A stretch of 61,531 nucleotides of DNA, taken from positions 1 through 61,531 of the forward strand of contig DFGC01000012.1 in the NCBI GenBank assembly GCA_002371155.1. The letters are read 5' to 3'. The translations under genes were made by a program, and so were the position numbers. The notes beneath the pieces are model-generated. The model was not told where the DNA came from and searched no databases. It was given only the letters and a program-made list of their open reading frames with translations. Positions 10,250 to 20,228 of this stretch are shown piece after piece (the first letter of the stretch is position 1; each line of letters opens with the position of its first letter). The stretch is from Alphaproteobacteria bacterium UBA3760. Its GTDB lineage: Bacteria > Pseudomonadota > Alphaproteobacteria > Rs-D84.

Positions 10250-10381
10250 AGACGTGCGATTATTATAATTTATTCTGTGGCATTTGCAAATATTTTTTTT
10301 ATATGCATTTACACATAAAAATACTTTGTTTTTATCTGCATTTAATGATATTATATCTATATACAAACAAAGGACAAAAAC

Positions 10382-10660
10382 ATGGGAATTATTTCTACAC
10401 TTTTGGGTTCGGCTGTATTAATGTATGTAATCGCATTTATTTGCGCTGTTGTATGCATACGCTGTTTAATTTATGGTGTCATGGGCGGCACATCGGCATT
10501 ATTGCGAATTTTATTCACATTGCTGTTTGCGGCACTGGCATATTATTGCTGGCGCAATGCGGGGCTGGCACATGGGGCAAATGCGATTGACAGTTTTGTT
10601 TTCGACACATGGGGCGAATTAAAACAGTTCATCGTATTCATCAAATCTAAATTTATATAA
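10382..10660 (+). CDS. Small membrane protein
   Basis: 92 aa, two TM-like segments, RBS AAGGA, followed by terminator. Confidence 0.7.
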   Translation: MGIISTLLGSAVLMYVIAFICAVVCIRCLIYGVMGGTSALLRILFTLLFAALAYYCWRNAGLAHGANAIDSFVFDTWGELKQFIVFIKSKFI

Positions 10661-10670
10661 AGAAAACCAT

Positions 10671-10702
10671 AAAAAAACACCGCCAAATTGGCGGTGTTTT
10701 TT
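10671..10702. terminator. Bidirectional intrinsic terminator
   Basis: A-run caccgcc-aaatt-ggcggtg T-run. Confidence 0.8.
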
Positions 10703-10767
10703 TGCATTCATACCTATCAAAAAACACTGCAACAATTTGGCATAATTATGTCCAAAGGGGGGCTTAC

Positions 10768-11844
10768 ATGAAAAAAATTATTTATATCTTATGCACAATA
10801 ACATTGGCAACACCGGCATTTGCATGCACCGGAATCACCCTGCACGCGCGCGATGGCGGGGTTGTTTCCGCCCGCACAATTGATTGGGCAAAAACCGACA
10901 CCGACAACATTTACACCATCGTTCCACGCGGTCATGTGTCGCGGTCTTTTTTACCCGACGGCACCCAGAACGGTTTAGAATTTACCGCAAAATATGGATT
11001 TGTGGGACTGGGCCCTGAACGTCCCGAATTTGTTGTTGACGGCACGAACGAGGCGGGCCTGAACGCGGGATTATTTTATTTCCCAGATTATGGCGAATAC
11101 AAAAAATATGACGAGGCCGCACGCGATATTTCCATCGCCGATTTGCAAGTCGTATCATGGATACTATCTAATTTTGCAACAATTGACGAAGTCCGCGAAA
11201 ACATAAACAATATTCGCGTGATAAATATTTATCCTGATTCTTCGACTGTTCATTGGCGCATCACTGAACCCGGCGGTCGCGTTGTTGTTATGGAAATTAT
11301 CAACGGTGAACCGGTATTTCACGAAGACGAAATCGGCGCAATTGCAAACGCGCCTGGCTTTGATTGGCAATTGACGAACCTGAACAATTATGTAAATTTA
11401 CGCGCCGGCACCGCCGAACCATTAAAATTGGGGCCAGACACCCTGACATCTTTCAGTGGCGGAACGGGGCTGCTGGGGCTGCCGGGTGATTTTTCATCCC
11501 CGTCGCGTTTTGTTCGTGCCGCATTTTTTGGCAATATGGTGGATAAACAACAAAACACAGAATCCACCGTTCCAATTGCATTTCACATATTGAATAACCT
11601 GGATGTTCCATTTGGCACAACATACAACAACGGGCGCGCACCAACAAATATGCCCTCCTCCACCCAATGGACAATTGCCAGCGACCTGGACAACAAAGTT
11701 TTATATTATCACACAATGTTCAACCGCACGATTCGCAAAATTGATATGAACGAAATCAATTTCGAAACCGTTCCATTTCAATTCAGTCCACTGGACGATG
11801 TAAAACGCGAAACGATGATATCTGTTCAAATAAATAAAGAATAA
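10768..11844 (+). CDS. Choloylglycine hydrolase / penicillin V acylase family Ntn hydrolase, secreted
   Basis: Signal peptide then CTGI (N-terminal nucleophile Cys), RTIDW, GLFYFP, LPGDFSSPSRFVRAAF. Confidence 0.92.
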   Translation: MKKIIYILCTITLATPAFACTGITLHARDGGVVSARTIDWAKTDTDNIYTIVPRGHVSRSFLPDGTQNGLEFTAKYGFVGLGPERPEFVVDGTNEAGLNAGLFYFPDYGEYKKYDEAARDISIADLQVVSWILSNFATIDEVRENINNIRVINIYPDSSTVHWRITEPGGRVVVMEIINGEPVFHEDEIGAIANAPGFDWQLTNLNNYVNLRAGTAEPLKLGPDTLTSFSGGTGLLGLPGDFSSPSRFVRAAFFGNMVDKQQNTESTVPIAFHILNNLDVPFGTTYNNGRAPTNMPSSTQWTIASDLDNKVLYYHTMFNRTIRKIDMNEINFETVPFQFSPLDDVKRETMISVQINKE

Positions 11845-11847
11845 AAT

Positions 11848-11876
11848 TTGCCTTTTATAAAATCGGTGATTATAAT
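11848..11876 (+). promoter_or_regulatory. Sigma70-type promoter of the DUF1015 gene
   Basis: TTGCCT-17 nt-TATAAT. Confidence 0.6.
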
Positions 11877-11909
11877 CAAATCATCGATTTTTATCAAAAG
11901 GAGTAAATC

Positions 11910-13151
11910 ATGAAAATTAAACCATTTGCCGGTGTTCGTCCACCACGTGAATTAGCATCCGATGTTGCATCGCGTCCGTATGACGTTCTGAACTCTGCCG
12001 AAGCCAAGGCCGAGGCCGGGGAAAAATCATTACTGCACATCATCAAACCAGAAATCGATTTTGACCCAATCGCCGGCGAACACGAACAACGCACCTATGA
12101 CAAGGCCGTTGAAAATTTCAAAAAATGGCAATCAAATGGCTGGTTGGTCCAAGACGACAAAGAAATGTATTACATCTATGCCCAAACAATGGATGGCCGC
12201 ACACAATATGGCCTGGTTGCGGCGGCAAATGTTGATGACTATATGTCTGGCAAAATTAAAAAGCACGAATTGACCCGCAAAGAAAAAGAAGATGACCGTA
12301 TGATTCATGTTCGTATCCAAGACGCAAATTTGGAACCGGTGTTCTTTGCGTATCCTGATGTTGATGAAATGAATAAATTGGTTGCCGATTGGGTAAAAAA
12401 TCATGAACCTGAATATGACTTTGTTGCGCCCGATGGTTTCGGTCATACATTTTGGAAAATTGATGACGATGCGACAAACGCGCGCATAACCGAAATATTC
12501 AAAAATATTCCGGCGATGTATGTTGCCGACGGTCACCATCGCACCGCCGCGGCGGCACGTGTTGGCGCAGAAAAACGCGAACAAAATCCAAATCACACCG
12601 GCACAGAAGAATACAATTATTTCTTGGCGGTGATTTTCCCGGCATCACAATTACACGTGATTGATTACAACCGTGTTGTCAAAGATTTGAACGGACTTAG
12701 CCCCGAACAATTTATTGCCGAATTGGAAAAATCTTTCGTTGTCCAAGACATGGGGACATCAATTTACAAACCAAACGCATTACACAATTTTGGTATGTAT
12801 TTGAACGGACATTGGTATTCATTGACCGCGCGCCCGGGCACATACAACGACAACGACCCAATTGGAGTATTGGACGTGACGGTTTTGTCGAATTTGGTAT
12901 TCGATAAAATTCTGAATTTGGGCGATTTGCGCACATCAAACAGAATCGATTTTGTTGGCGGAATTCGGGGGCTGGGCGAATTGCAAAAACGTGTTGATTC
13001 CGGCGAAATGGTTGCGGCATTTGCACTGTATCCGGTGACGATGAAACAAATTATCGACATCGCCGACACAGGCAACATTATGCCACCAAAAACAACTTGG
13101 TTTGAACCAAAATTACGCAGTGGTTTGGTCATTCACAAATTGTCAAAATAA
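11910..13151 (+). CDS. DUF1015 family protein
   Basis: IKPFAG.RP, SRPYDV, IKKHELTR, YVADGHHRTAAA, MPPKTTWFEPKLRSGL. Confidence 0.93.
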   Translation: MKIKPFAGVRPPRELASDVASRPYDVLNSAEAKAEAGEKSLLHIIKPEIDFDPIAGEHEQRTYDKAVENFKKWQSNGWLVQDDKEMYYIYAQTMDGRTQYGLVAAANVDDYMSGKIKKHELTRKEKEDDRMIHVRIQDANLEPVFFAYPDVDEMNKLVADWVKNHEPEYDFVAPDGFGHTFWKIDDDATNARITEIFKNIPAMYVADGHHRTAAAARVGAEKREQNPNHTGTEEYNYFLAVIFPASQLHVIDYNRVVKDLNGLSPEQFIAELEKSFVVQDMGTSIYKPNALHNFGMYLNGHWYSLTARPGTYNDNDPIGVLDVTVLSNLVFDKILNLGDLRTSNRIDFVGGIRGLGELQKRVDSGEMVAAFALYPVTMKQIIDIADTGNIMPPKTTWFEPKLRSGLVIHKLSK

Positions 13152-13167
13152 ACAAAAATATCGAACA

Positions 13168-13197
13168 AAAAAATCCGTCAATCGACGGATTTTTTTA
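13168..13197. terminator. Bidirectional terminator between convergent genes
   Basis: A-run atccgtc-aatc-gacggat T-run. Confidence 0.8.
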
Positions 13198-13204
13198 TTA
13201 TAAA

Positions 13205-15505
13205 TTATTCTGATTCCGATTTATTAAAATCCACATAGTTGCCTAAAATATTTCCCATTGTGCCACCCGCCGCACCAATACCAACCGCACCCAATCCGGT
13301 ATCTATACGATTTTGTGTATTGGTTGCATCATCGGCAATACGCGATATATCGTTTGGATTTCCAACCGACGCACGATAAAGCGATGCATATGTTCCATTT
13401 TGCACACCCGACCCAACATCATCATATAAACCGGTATATTCGCGTTTGAATACAACCGCCGATTCAATTCCCGGCGCATATCCCAATGCATCTTTGCGTT
13501 CATGCAAATCATCCGCCAACGCAACATATTCGCTGTATAAACCCGTCAAAGCATTTTCGCCACCAACATTTACCGATTTTTCATTAAAACGATACCGCCG
13601 CCCACCAACACGACATTGCATTTTTTGTGTATATGCCGCCATATCCGCCGCCGCCGCGGCGTCCGCCGATTGTGCCGCCAAACCAGACGCCAATTGCATC
13701 CCACCAATTCCCGTCGCCCCAATCGTCGCACCCGACATCAGACGGTTTTTCAACGACATTTCGTTTTCCCGCGCAGACGCATATTCTTCTTCGGCGGCAC
13801 GAATACCATCATCAACACACGCGCCGTTTTCCAAACGATACCCGCGCGCACAGTGCACCGGACGACACACACCATTTACAAATTCGAACCTGTCCGCATT
13901 TGGAAATTGTGCTTTTTCTGATTCATTACATTCGGTCCTGGGTTTTTCCGCGCTTTTCCATTTTGCAACCAAAGTTTTTTTACCACCATTGTTTTCATCA
14001 AACATAAAAGTCCTTTGCGGATTAACACACGCCGCGTCAACACACCAACCATCAAAAACATAACCCGATCGCTGGGGTTCGCAATCAACCGTAAATTGTT
14101 GCCCCACGATATAATTTTTGGGTGCATTATCACAACCGGTTCCACCGCCCAAGTTATAATTTATTGCATAGACCTCTTCTTCGGGTGCCTCTTGCTCTGA
14201 ACTCGCCTGATTTGTTATTACACTGGTATCACCCGCCTTGCACGTTGGATTAAACGAATTTTCATTTGCATCGGGAACAAAGCCTGGCTCACACCATGTC
14301 CTGTAATTACACTGGGATTGGCCATCACTGCCGACCAATTCGCATTTTGCTTTTGCCCCAGGCGCACATTCCGCACATGCAACACACTCACCATTTTGCA
14401 ATATATAACCATTCTGACAAGATTTCGGACGACACACACCACCTACAAATTCGAATTCTTTTACATTTGAAAATTTTGCTTTTTCTTCATCGCTACACTC
14501 TCTTCTCTCTTTTGCTACCGCCGTCCATTTTGCATAAAATGTTTTATCACCCATATCCGTGTCGCCAATCACACGATTCTTTTGTGGGTCATTCAAATCA
14601 TTTGTCGTACACCATCCATCAAAAACAAATTCTGATTTGGTTGGTTGACATTCAATCTTTGTCTGTGCCCCATATGTATGGGTCAAACTGTCGCACCCAT
14701 TCCCACCATTTAAATTTAATGTTATTTGATACATATTTGGTGAACACGACGGATTGTATTTACCGGCATTCTGTTCGTTTCCATATCCGGTCTCGCACGA
14801 TGTTTTATATCGACAATTTTTCAACCCATCACTGCCGGTCATTTCACAATTTGCATGCGTCGGCGAACATGATTGACATGGAACACATACCGCATCATCC
14901 GTATTATCATGTTCCAACACATACCCAGAAACACACTTTGTCGGCATACAAATCACATCTGTATTCTTATCTAAATCTTGGGTATGCGCTCTATTCAATT
15001 CGTGATTTATGCCTGATTGCGCATTTAACCGACCCAATTCTGACTCTGTACATTTATTGTCAGATTTCACACAATCATCTGTTGTAATCGTAATCCCATT
15101 CAAAGTATGCTTTTTCAATTCATATCCAGATTTACAAAAACTTTCATGCCGACAAATTCCTTTGGAACGCGTTGGTCTGCCCATTGAATCCTTGTAATAA
15201 GACAAATAATATCCGTTTTCGTTTCTGCACGATTTTCTGACACAGGTTAAAACATTCTTGCCATTATTTTTTTGTATCTGACATGTTCCTGTTTTTGTGT
15301 TATCACTGCATGAATCGCCATTTTTTTTACCAACACACAATTTATCATTCATACCACCACCAGATTGCGCCCCCGAATACCCGGTTTCTATTCCGCTGGC
15401 ATTCACTGTTCTGGTTGGCCCGCTGTTTGTATTTGCGGCATACACGCCACCAACGCAAAATGCGCAAAACACAAACGCGACAAAAACGCGACAAATGCGA
15501 AACAT
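13205..15505 (-). CDS. Secreted Cys-rich surface protein with two InlB B-repeat-like (Listeria-Bacteroides) domains and conserved Gly-rich C-terminal module
   Basis: Signal MFRICRVF..VYA; ITLNLNGG..GYVFDGW..FYAKW motifs; CxPxxCxxGYxL repeats; C terminus shared with next gene. Confidence 0.8.
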   Translation of the reverse strand: MFRICRVFVAFVFCAFCVGGVYAANTNSGPTRTVNASGIETGYSGAQSGGGMNDKLCVGKKNGDSCSDNTKTGTCQIQKNNGKNVLTCVRKSCRNENGYYLSYYKDSMGRPTRSKGICRHESFCKSGYELKKHTLNGITITTDDCVKSDNKCTESELGRLNAQSGINHELNRAHTQDLDKNTDVICMPTKCVSGYVLEHDNTDDAVCVPCQSCSPTHANCEMTGSDGLKNCRYKTSCETGYGNEQNAGKYNPSCSPNMYQITLNLNGGNGCDSLTHTYGAQTKIECQPTKSEFVFDGWCTTNDLNDPQKNRVIGDTDMGDKTFYAKWTAVAKERRECSDEEKAKFSNVKEFEFVGGVCRPKSCQNGYILQNGECVACAECAPGAKAKCELVGSDGQSQCNYRTWCEPGFVPDANENSFNPTCKAGDTSVITNQASSEQEAPEEEVYAINYNLGGGTGCDNAPKNYIVGQQFTVDCEPQRSGYVFDGWCVDAACVNPQRTFMFDENNGGKKTLVAKWKSAEKPRTECNESEKAQFPNADRFEFVNGVCRPVHCARGYRLENGACVDDGIRAAEEEYASARENEMSLKNRLMSGATIGATGIGGMQLASGLAAQSADAAAAADMAAYTQKMQCRVGGRRYRFNEKSVNVGGENALTGLYSEYVALADDLHERKDALGYAPGIESAVVFKREYTGLYDDVGSGVQNGTYASLYRASVGNPNDISRIADDATNTQNRIDTGLGAVGIGAAGGTMGNILGNYVDFNKSESE
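13326..13795. repeat. 470-bp direct repeat copy 1 (partner 15674..16143)
   Basis: Ungapped, visually >90% identical, encodes EEEYASARENEMSLKN...ISRIADDA. Confidence 0.9.
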
Positions 15506-15567
15506 TTCCCCCTGCAATTCTATCAGAATTATTATATCACAAAACACACAATTTCCAAACGACGAAT

Positions 15568-18210
15568 TTATTGTTTATTTGGCCTATTTATTATCAAATT
15601 TCCACCAACACCGCTCGCCGCGCCGACGCCAGCCACCACCGCACCGGTCTTGATACGCGTTTCTGATTTTGCCGCATCATCGGCAATACGCGATATATCG
15701 TTTTCATTTCCAATCGACGCGCGATAAAGTGATGCATATGTTCCATTTTGCACACCCGACCCAACATCATCATATAAACCGGTATATTCGCGTTTGAATA
15801 CAACCGCCGATTCAATACCGGGCGCATATCCCAACGCGTCTTTGCGTTCATGCAAATCATCCGCCAACGCAACATATTCGCTGTATAAACCCGTCAAAGC
15901 ATTTTCACCACCAACATTTACCGATTTTTCATTAAAACGATACCGCCGCCCACCAACCCTGCATTGCATTTTTTGCGTGTACGCCGCCATATCCGCCGCC
16001 GCATCCACGTCCGCCGATTGTTCGGCAATCCCAGACGCCAATTGCATTCCACCAATTCCCGTCGCCCCAATCGCCGCACCCGACATCAGACGGTTTTTCA
16101 ACGACATTTCGTTTTCCCGCGCAGACGCATATTCTTCTTCGGCCCCCTTTACTTGTTCTTGTAATTTTTTATCGACGCAAACACCGCGACGCAGTATAAA
16201 TTCATCACTTTCACATTCCGATGGCACACATTTTCCATCACGCACAACTAATGTTTTTGCGTGTAATGCAGATTTATTGACATCATCACACATCCAAACG
16301 CACTTGGTCGGATTTTTCGCATTATCAAATTTATATTCATCAATGCACTTTGTCGGAACACAGATTTCACCCCGCACCGCAACCGTTTCCGCATTCAACA
16401 AACCCGGTGCATTCGCATCACAAATTTCAACACACACGCCACTATCCAAATTATACCCATTGACACAATCCGTCGGAACACATTGATTTTCAATCCAATT
16501 TCCACTCGTCGCGTGTAAATTATTTAATTCCGTTGCGGAACATTCACGCGCAAATTTTGCGTGATATGTTTTTGCACCACTTGTCCCCGCCGCAATTTCA
16601 ATTTTAGATTGTGGCGAATCACAATTCGCATCATTTTCACACCAACCCAAAAAACGGAATCCATCGGCAACATCCGTTGGAACATGCTCTATCGTTATGC
16701 CCCTATCATACGCATATTCATAAGTTTTTGATTGTGTTCCACCCGCACCATTATTCCATGACAAAGTAATTTGATATGTTTTGGCATTTGTGCAATATGC
16801 ATTATACGCCCCACTATTCACAATTGTTTCATATCCGGTTTTGCATGCCGTTTCATAATGACATTGCTCATTCACCATACTTAAAACACATGTTGCATTT
16901 GTATTATCTTTGCACGGCAAACAACACAATTTGCCTCCCGTCAGTTCATATTCACCAACACACCCCGTCGGGACACATTGATTATTTTCTGGGCGACCAT
17001 TTAACGCATGCAATCCCGCCAAAACATCCGCGCTGCAAATTTCAACACACACCGCATCATCCGTTCCACCCTTTTCCAAACGATATCCGTCTTTGCACTC
17101 CGTCGGGACACATGGCAACCCTGGTTTTTGCGCTGTTTTCTTTCTTCCTTTCTTTGCATGCAACCGTTTCAAAAAATCATCATTACAAGCATTCTCAACA
17201 ACCAGCGCTTCAACCACATTCTTTTTGATAACCGGTTCTGGTTCCAAATTTATTGTTAAATTTTCACCACAATTTACAATCTGACTTTTATACGTTGAAA
17301 ACCCTACTTGTAATTTGCAATTACTTGGGACATTACTATCCTTAAAATCAAATTTTCCGTCAATATCCGTAGGATGCACCCTGCCAGACGTTCCGGATAA
17401 CTTATCACCGTTTTCATCAACAAAAAATACCGTTGCCCCAGGCAACCCTACCCCATCTTCATCCAACACAACACCACTGACCCGTATTGTTCCGGTCCCC
17501 GTCCGCGCACTGGACGCACCACGCGCCACAACATTTCTGGTATTCTCAACACTTTCTGATTTTTTTGTTTCAACCTTCTTATCGTCCGATTTTAATTGTT
17601 CGGTTGAATTTGACTTTTGTTCCGTATTCGTATTTTCCGATTCCGTGGGCGCAACCGTCGCCACACTTGCGGATTTCTGTGCTGTGGGCGCACTTTCTGT
17701 CTTTGCCGGTTTTTTCGCCGATTCAGGATGCAATTCCGCATATGTTTTTACGCCTTTTTCAATCAACAATTTTTCTATATTTTTACACGGTTTATCATAT
17801 CCATCGCTTTGTCCTTGTTCATTCTTACTTGTACACACCGAATCATTATTTATATGCTCGCGAACAAAGTCCAACAATGTGCCTTTTTTTGTTCCAAACC
17901 CCTGCACAACGGGATAATTTATCTCCGCATTTATATTCGCACCACGATTTACAAACTCTTCAACAATTTTATCACGTCTATTATTACCACAACATTCCGC
18001 AACAGCCAATTCTATTCCAGACATATTTTTATATGTCGGATTTGATATTTTTGCATTGAGCATCTCTGGGTTCTTGTTTAATAAATCCCGAACCCCAGAC
18101 ACATCATCACGCATAATCGCTTTTTCCAAACTAACCGATGCGCCCAACACCGGCGCATGAAACGCGCACACGGCAATCATTATAAAAAAAGCACGATAAA
18201 AACGACCCAT
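15568..18210 (-). CDS. Secreted protein: ankyrin-like N domain, carboxypeptidase-regulatory-like domain, Cys-rich repeats, InlB B-repeat-like domain, conserved C-terminal module
   Basis: Signal peptide; NRGANINA; VSGVVLDEDGVGLPGATV..TDIDGKF; repeated CVPTxCxxxY; paralogue of 13205..15505. Confidence 0.8.
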   Translation of the reverse strand: MGRFYRAFFIMIAVCAFHAPVLGASVSLEKAIMRDDVSGVRDLLNKNPEMLNAKISNPTYKNMSGIELAVAECCGNNRRDKIVEEFVNRGANINAEINYPVVQGFGTKKGTLLDFVREHINNDSVCTSKNEQGQSDGYDKPCKNIEKLLIEKGVKTYAELHPESAKKPAKTESAPTAQKSASVATVAPTESENTNTEQKSNSTEQLKSDDKKVETKKSESVENTRNVVARGASSARTGTGTIRVSGVVLDEDGVGLPGATVFFVDENGDKLSGTSGRVHPTDIDGKFDFKDSNVPSNCKLQVGFSTYKSQIVNCGENLTINLEPEPVIKKNVVEALVVENACNDDFLKRLHAKKGRKKTAQKPGLPCVPTECKDGYRLEKGGTDDAVCVEICSADVLAGLHALNGRPENNQCVPTGCVGEYELTGGKLCCLPCKDNTNATCVLSMVNEQCHYETACKTGYETIVNSGAYNAYCTNAKTYQITLSWNNGAGGTQSKTYEYAYDRGITIEHVPTDVADGFRFLGWCENDANCDSPQSKIEIAAGTSGAKTYHAKFARECSATELNNLHATSGNWIENQCVPTDCVNGYNLDSGVCVEICDANAPGLLNAETVAVRGEICVPTKCIDEYKFDNAKNPTKCVWMCDDVNKSALHAKTLVVRDGKCVPSECESDEFILRRGVCVDKKLQEQVKGAEEEYASARENEMSLKNRLMSGAAIGATGIGGMQLASGIAEQSADVDAAADMAAYTQKMQCRVGGRRYRFNEKSVNVGGENALTGLYSEYVALADDLHERKDALGYAPGIESAVVFKREYTGLYDDVGSGVQNGTYASLYRASIGNENDISRIADDAAKSETRIKTGAVVAGVGAASGVGGNLIINRPNKQ
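15674..16143. repeat. 470-bp direct repeat copy 2
   Basis: See copy 1. Confidence 0.9.
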
Positions 18211-18266
18211 GAAAATTATCTCTCCATGGGTGTTATTATATCACAAAAAAATATTTTTCTTTACAA

Positions 18267-18659
18267 CTATTTTACATTTTCGTGCAAATCTGCAATAACA
18301 CGATTTTTCAATCCGCGCGGCAACAATGGAAACACACACGGCACTTTTTTACCAACGGCTTTTTTGTCCGCACTGCGTTTCGATTTTACATTTTTCAACA
18401 AATCATTTTCACTATTCCACAACGATGCACGCACAATCAGTGTTTTAAAACCAAAATCCGTTTTATAATAACGCGTAAAATGCAGATTCGATTTCACACC
18501 GTTCGATTTCAGGATATATTTCACAACCGGTAATTCAGACAATTTTCTTAGACGAAAATAAACATATTTTTTTCCATCTGACGCCCTTAATGTTTCAACA
18601 TCACGACACAATGCCCACAATAATTCAGAACTCTGATTTGTATCCAAACTGTAATTCAT
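18267..18659 (-). CDS. Hypothetical protein
   Basis: Basic 130 aa ORF, RBS-like GAAAGGGG upstream, between rpsU and the surface gene. Confidence 0.6.
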   Translation of the reverse strand: MNYSLDTNQSSELLWALCRDVETLRASDGKKYVYFRLRKLSELPVVKYILKSNGVKSNLHFTRYYKTDFGFKTLIVRASLWNSENDLLKNVKSKRSADKKAVGKKVPCVFPLLPRGLKNRVIADLHENVK

Positions 18660-18739
18660 ACCAATACCCCTTTCCTCAGAAAAAATCGCCAGGATTTTTT
18701 TCCTGGCGATAAAAATTGAAAAACCAAACACAACCGATA

Positions 18740-18946
18740 TTAAAAACCAAATACCATGCGTTGCTTTGATTGACGTTTCTTTTCGTTACGCACCGCCTCT
18801 TCTGCCTTGCGTTTGCGTTTTGTTGTCGGTTTTTCGTAACGTTGACGTTCTTTCATTTCGCGATACAGACCCTCTTTCTGTGATTTGCGTTTTGCAACAC
18901 GCAGTGCCTGTTCAACATTATTATCACGAACCAAAACTTTGACCAT
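18740..18946 (-). CDS. rpsU: 30S ribosomal protein S21
   Basis: [13 protein letters not shown]...YEKPT. Confidence 0.97.
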   Translation of the reverse strand: MVKVLVRDNNVEQALRVAKRKSQKEGLYREMKERQRYEKPTTKRKRKAEEAVRNEKKRQSKQRMVFGF

Positions 18947-19098
18947 TATATATTCACCCCCTTTTGGCGAATTTTGTATTATTCTTAACTTTTTAATTCT
19001 ATGCCCGTCTCAATCGCTGTCGCGATTCTGCCGCGGCACTGAATTTTGGCAAACCACTATTGGTGGCCTGCCACCCATAGCGTCGCAGACGCGAAAGG

Positions 19099-19174
19099 TG
19101 GTGGAGCTGATCAGACTCGAACTGACGACCCTCTGCTTGCAAAGCAGATGCTCTACCAACTGAGCTACAACCCC
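19099..19174 (-). tRNA. tRNA-Ala(TGC)
   Basis: GGGGTTGTAGCTCAGTTGGTAGAGC..TTGCAA..GTTCGAGTC..CTCCACCA; G3.U70 Ala determinant. Confidence 0.96.
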
Positions 19175-19180
19175 AAAACT

Positions 19181-19332
19181 TTTACGGAATCGCGCCATTT
19201 TGACAGACCCGTCACTCTCACAAAGCAACTTACCTCTACCAACCCGGCTACAACCCCAAAACTTTCCATGGGCTCTACCAACTTTATCGCGGCGGTGCCA
19301 TGCACCGACGGATGAGATACAACCCCAAAACT
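19181..19332 (-). pseudogene. Two degenerate tandem copies of tRNA-Ala upstream of the intact gene
   Basis: caaccccaaaact at 19168, 19251, 19320; ctctaccaac (D loop) in all three; middle copy keeps TGCTTTG and GGGTC.GTCA. Confidence 0.55.
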
Positions 19333-19466
19333 CTATCTTCCTATTCCAGAAAGCTCACATATTTTATACATTTATTTCAAATAAGTCAAATAAAAAATCA
19401 TTTTACATATTGACAAAAAAAATTTCTAATATAAACTAAAACCGATAATAATGGAGTGTGATTAGC

Positions 19467-20228
19467 ATGGAACAAAAACCGATAACTTTGACTTGTGATT
19501 ATTTATACAAGAAAGACGCAACCACAACATTTTATAATTGTGGCAATGGCAACGACACCATCGCATTGTTTTCTGGGTTTGGTCAAACCGTTGTCCAACA
19601 CAATGTCCTGAAAGCCGTTTTTGATTGGGCAATGGCGGAACAATATCAAATTGTCGTCGTTGAAACATTTATAAATGACATTAAAACATGCGCACAAAAA
19701 ACAAAATACGAATACAACGATTTCCAAAAATTGATTGATATAATATTGGGGATTATTCCAACAATAACGCATAATTACCCACATATCATCGCACACAGCA
19801 CACCAACAATTCCAATCGCAAAAAATTTCAGCAACAGTATCCAAACAAAACAGGCCGTATTGGCAAAATCCGCAACATTTTTTGCACCATTTCCAACAAA
19901 TTCCAATATATTGGACAGCCTGCAACGCGGAACCCGGGACGAAGATATAAAAAACCAAATAACCAATATAAAAACATTTGCAGAAAAATTGTTCGCAGAG
20001 GAAATACAACCGACACAGATGGGGAAATATAAATTTCCATTTGGACTGGTTGCCGGAAAAAAAGACACCACCGCACCAGCAGAACATACATCAAAGTTAG
20101 TCACAGATGCTGCGAATTCAAATATTGTATGGACGGCCGTAAACGAAAATCACAATTTTTCTAAAATTCCACAGCCAGAAATTATAAAAATTGTAAAAGC
20201 ACAAATCGAACGTACAAAAGGTGAATAA
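19467..20228 (+). CDS. Putative alpha/beta hydrolase fold protein
   Basis: LFSGFG oxyanion-like, AHST nucleophile elbow, VAGKKD, NENHNF; RBS GGAG. Confidence 0.65.
   Translation: MEQKPITLTCDYLYKKDATTTFYNCGNGNDTIALFSGFGQTVVQHNVLKAVFDWAMAEQYQIVVVETFINDIKTCAQKTKYEYNDFQKLIDIILGIIPTITHNYPHIIAHSTPTIPIAKNFSNSIQTKQAVLAKSATFFAPFPTNSNILDSLQRGTRDEDIKNQITNIKTFAEKLFAEEIQPTQMGKYKFPFGLVAGKKDTTAPAEHTSKLVTDAANSNIVWTAVNENHNFSKIPQPEIIKIVKAQIERTKGE

Noticed and set aside
13446-16486. Duplicated plus-strand ORFs (13446..14063, 15794..16486)
   Set aside because: Antisense shadows of the 470-bp repeat in the real minus-strand genes
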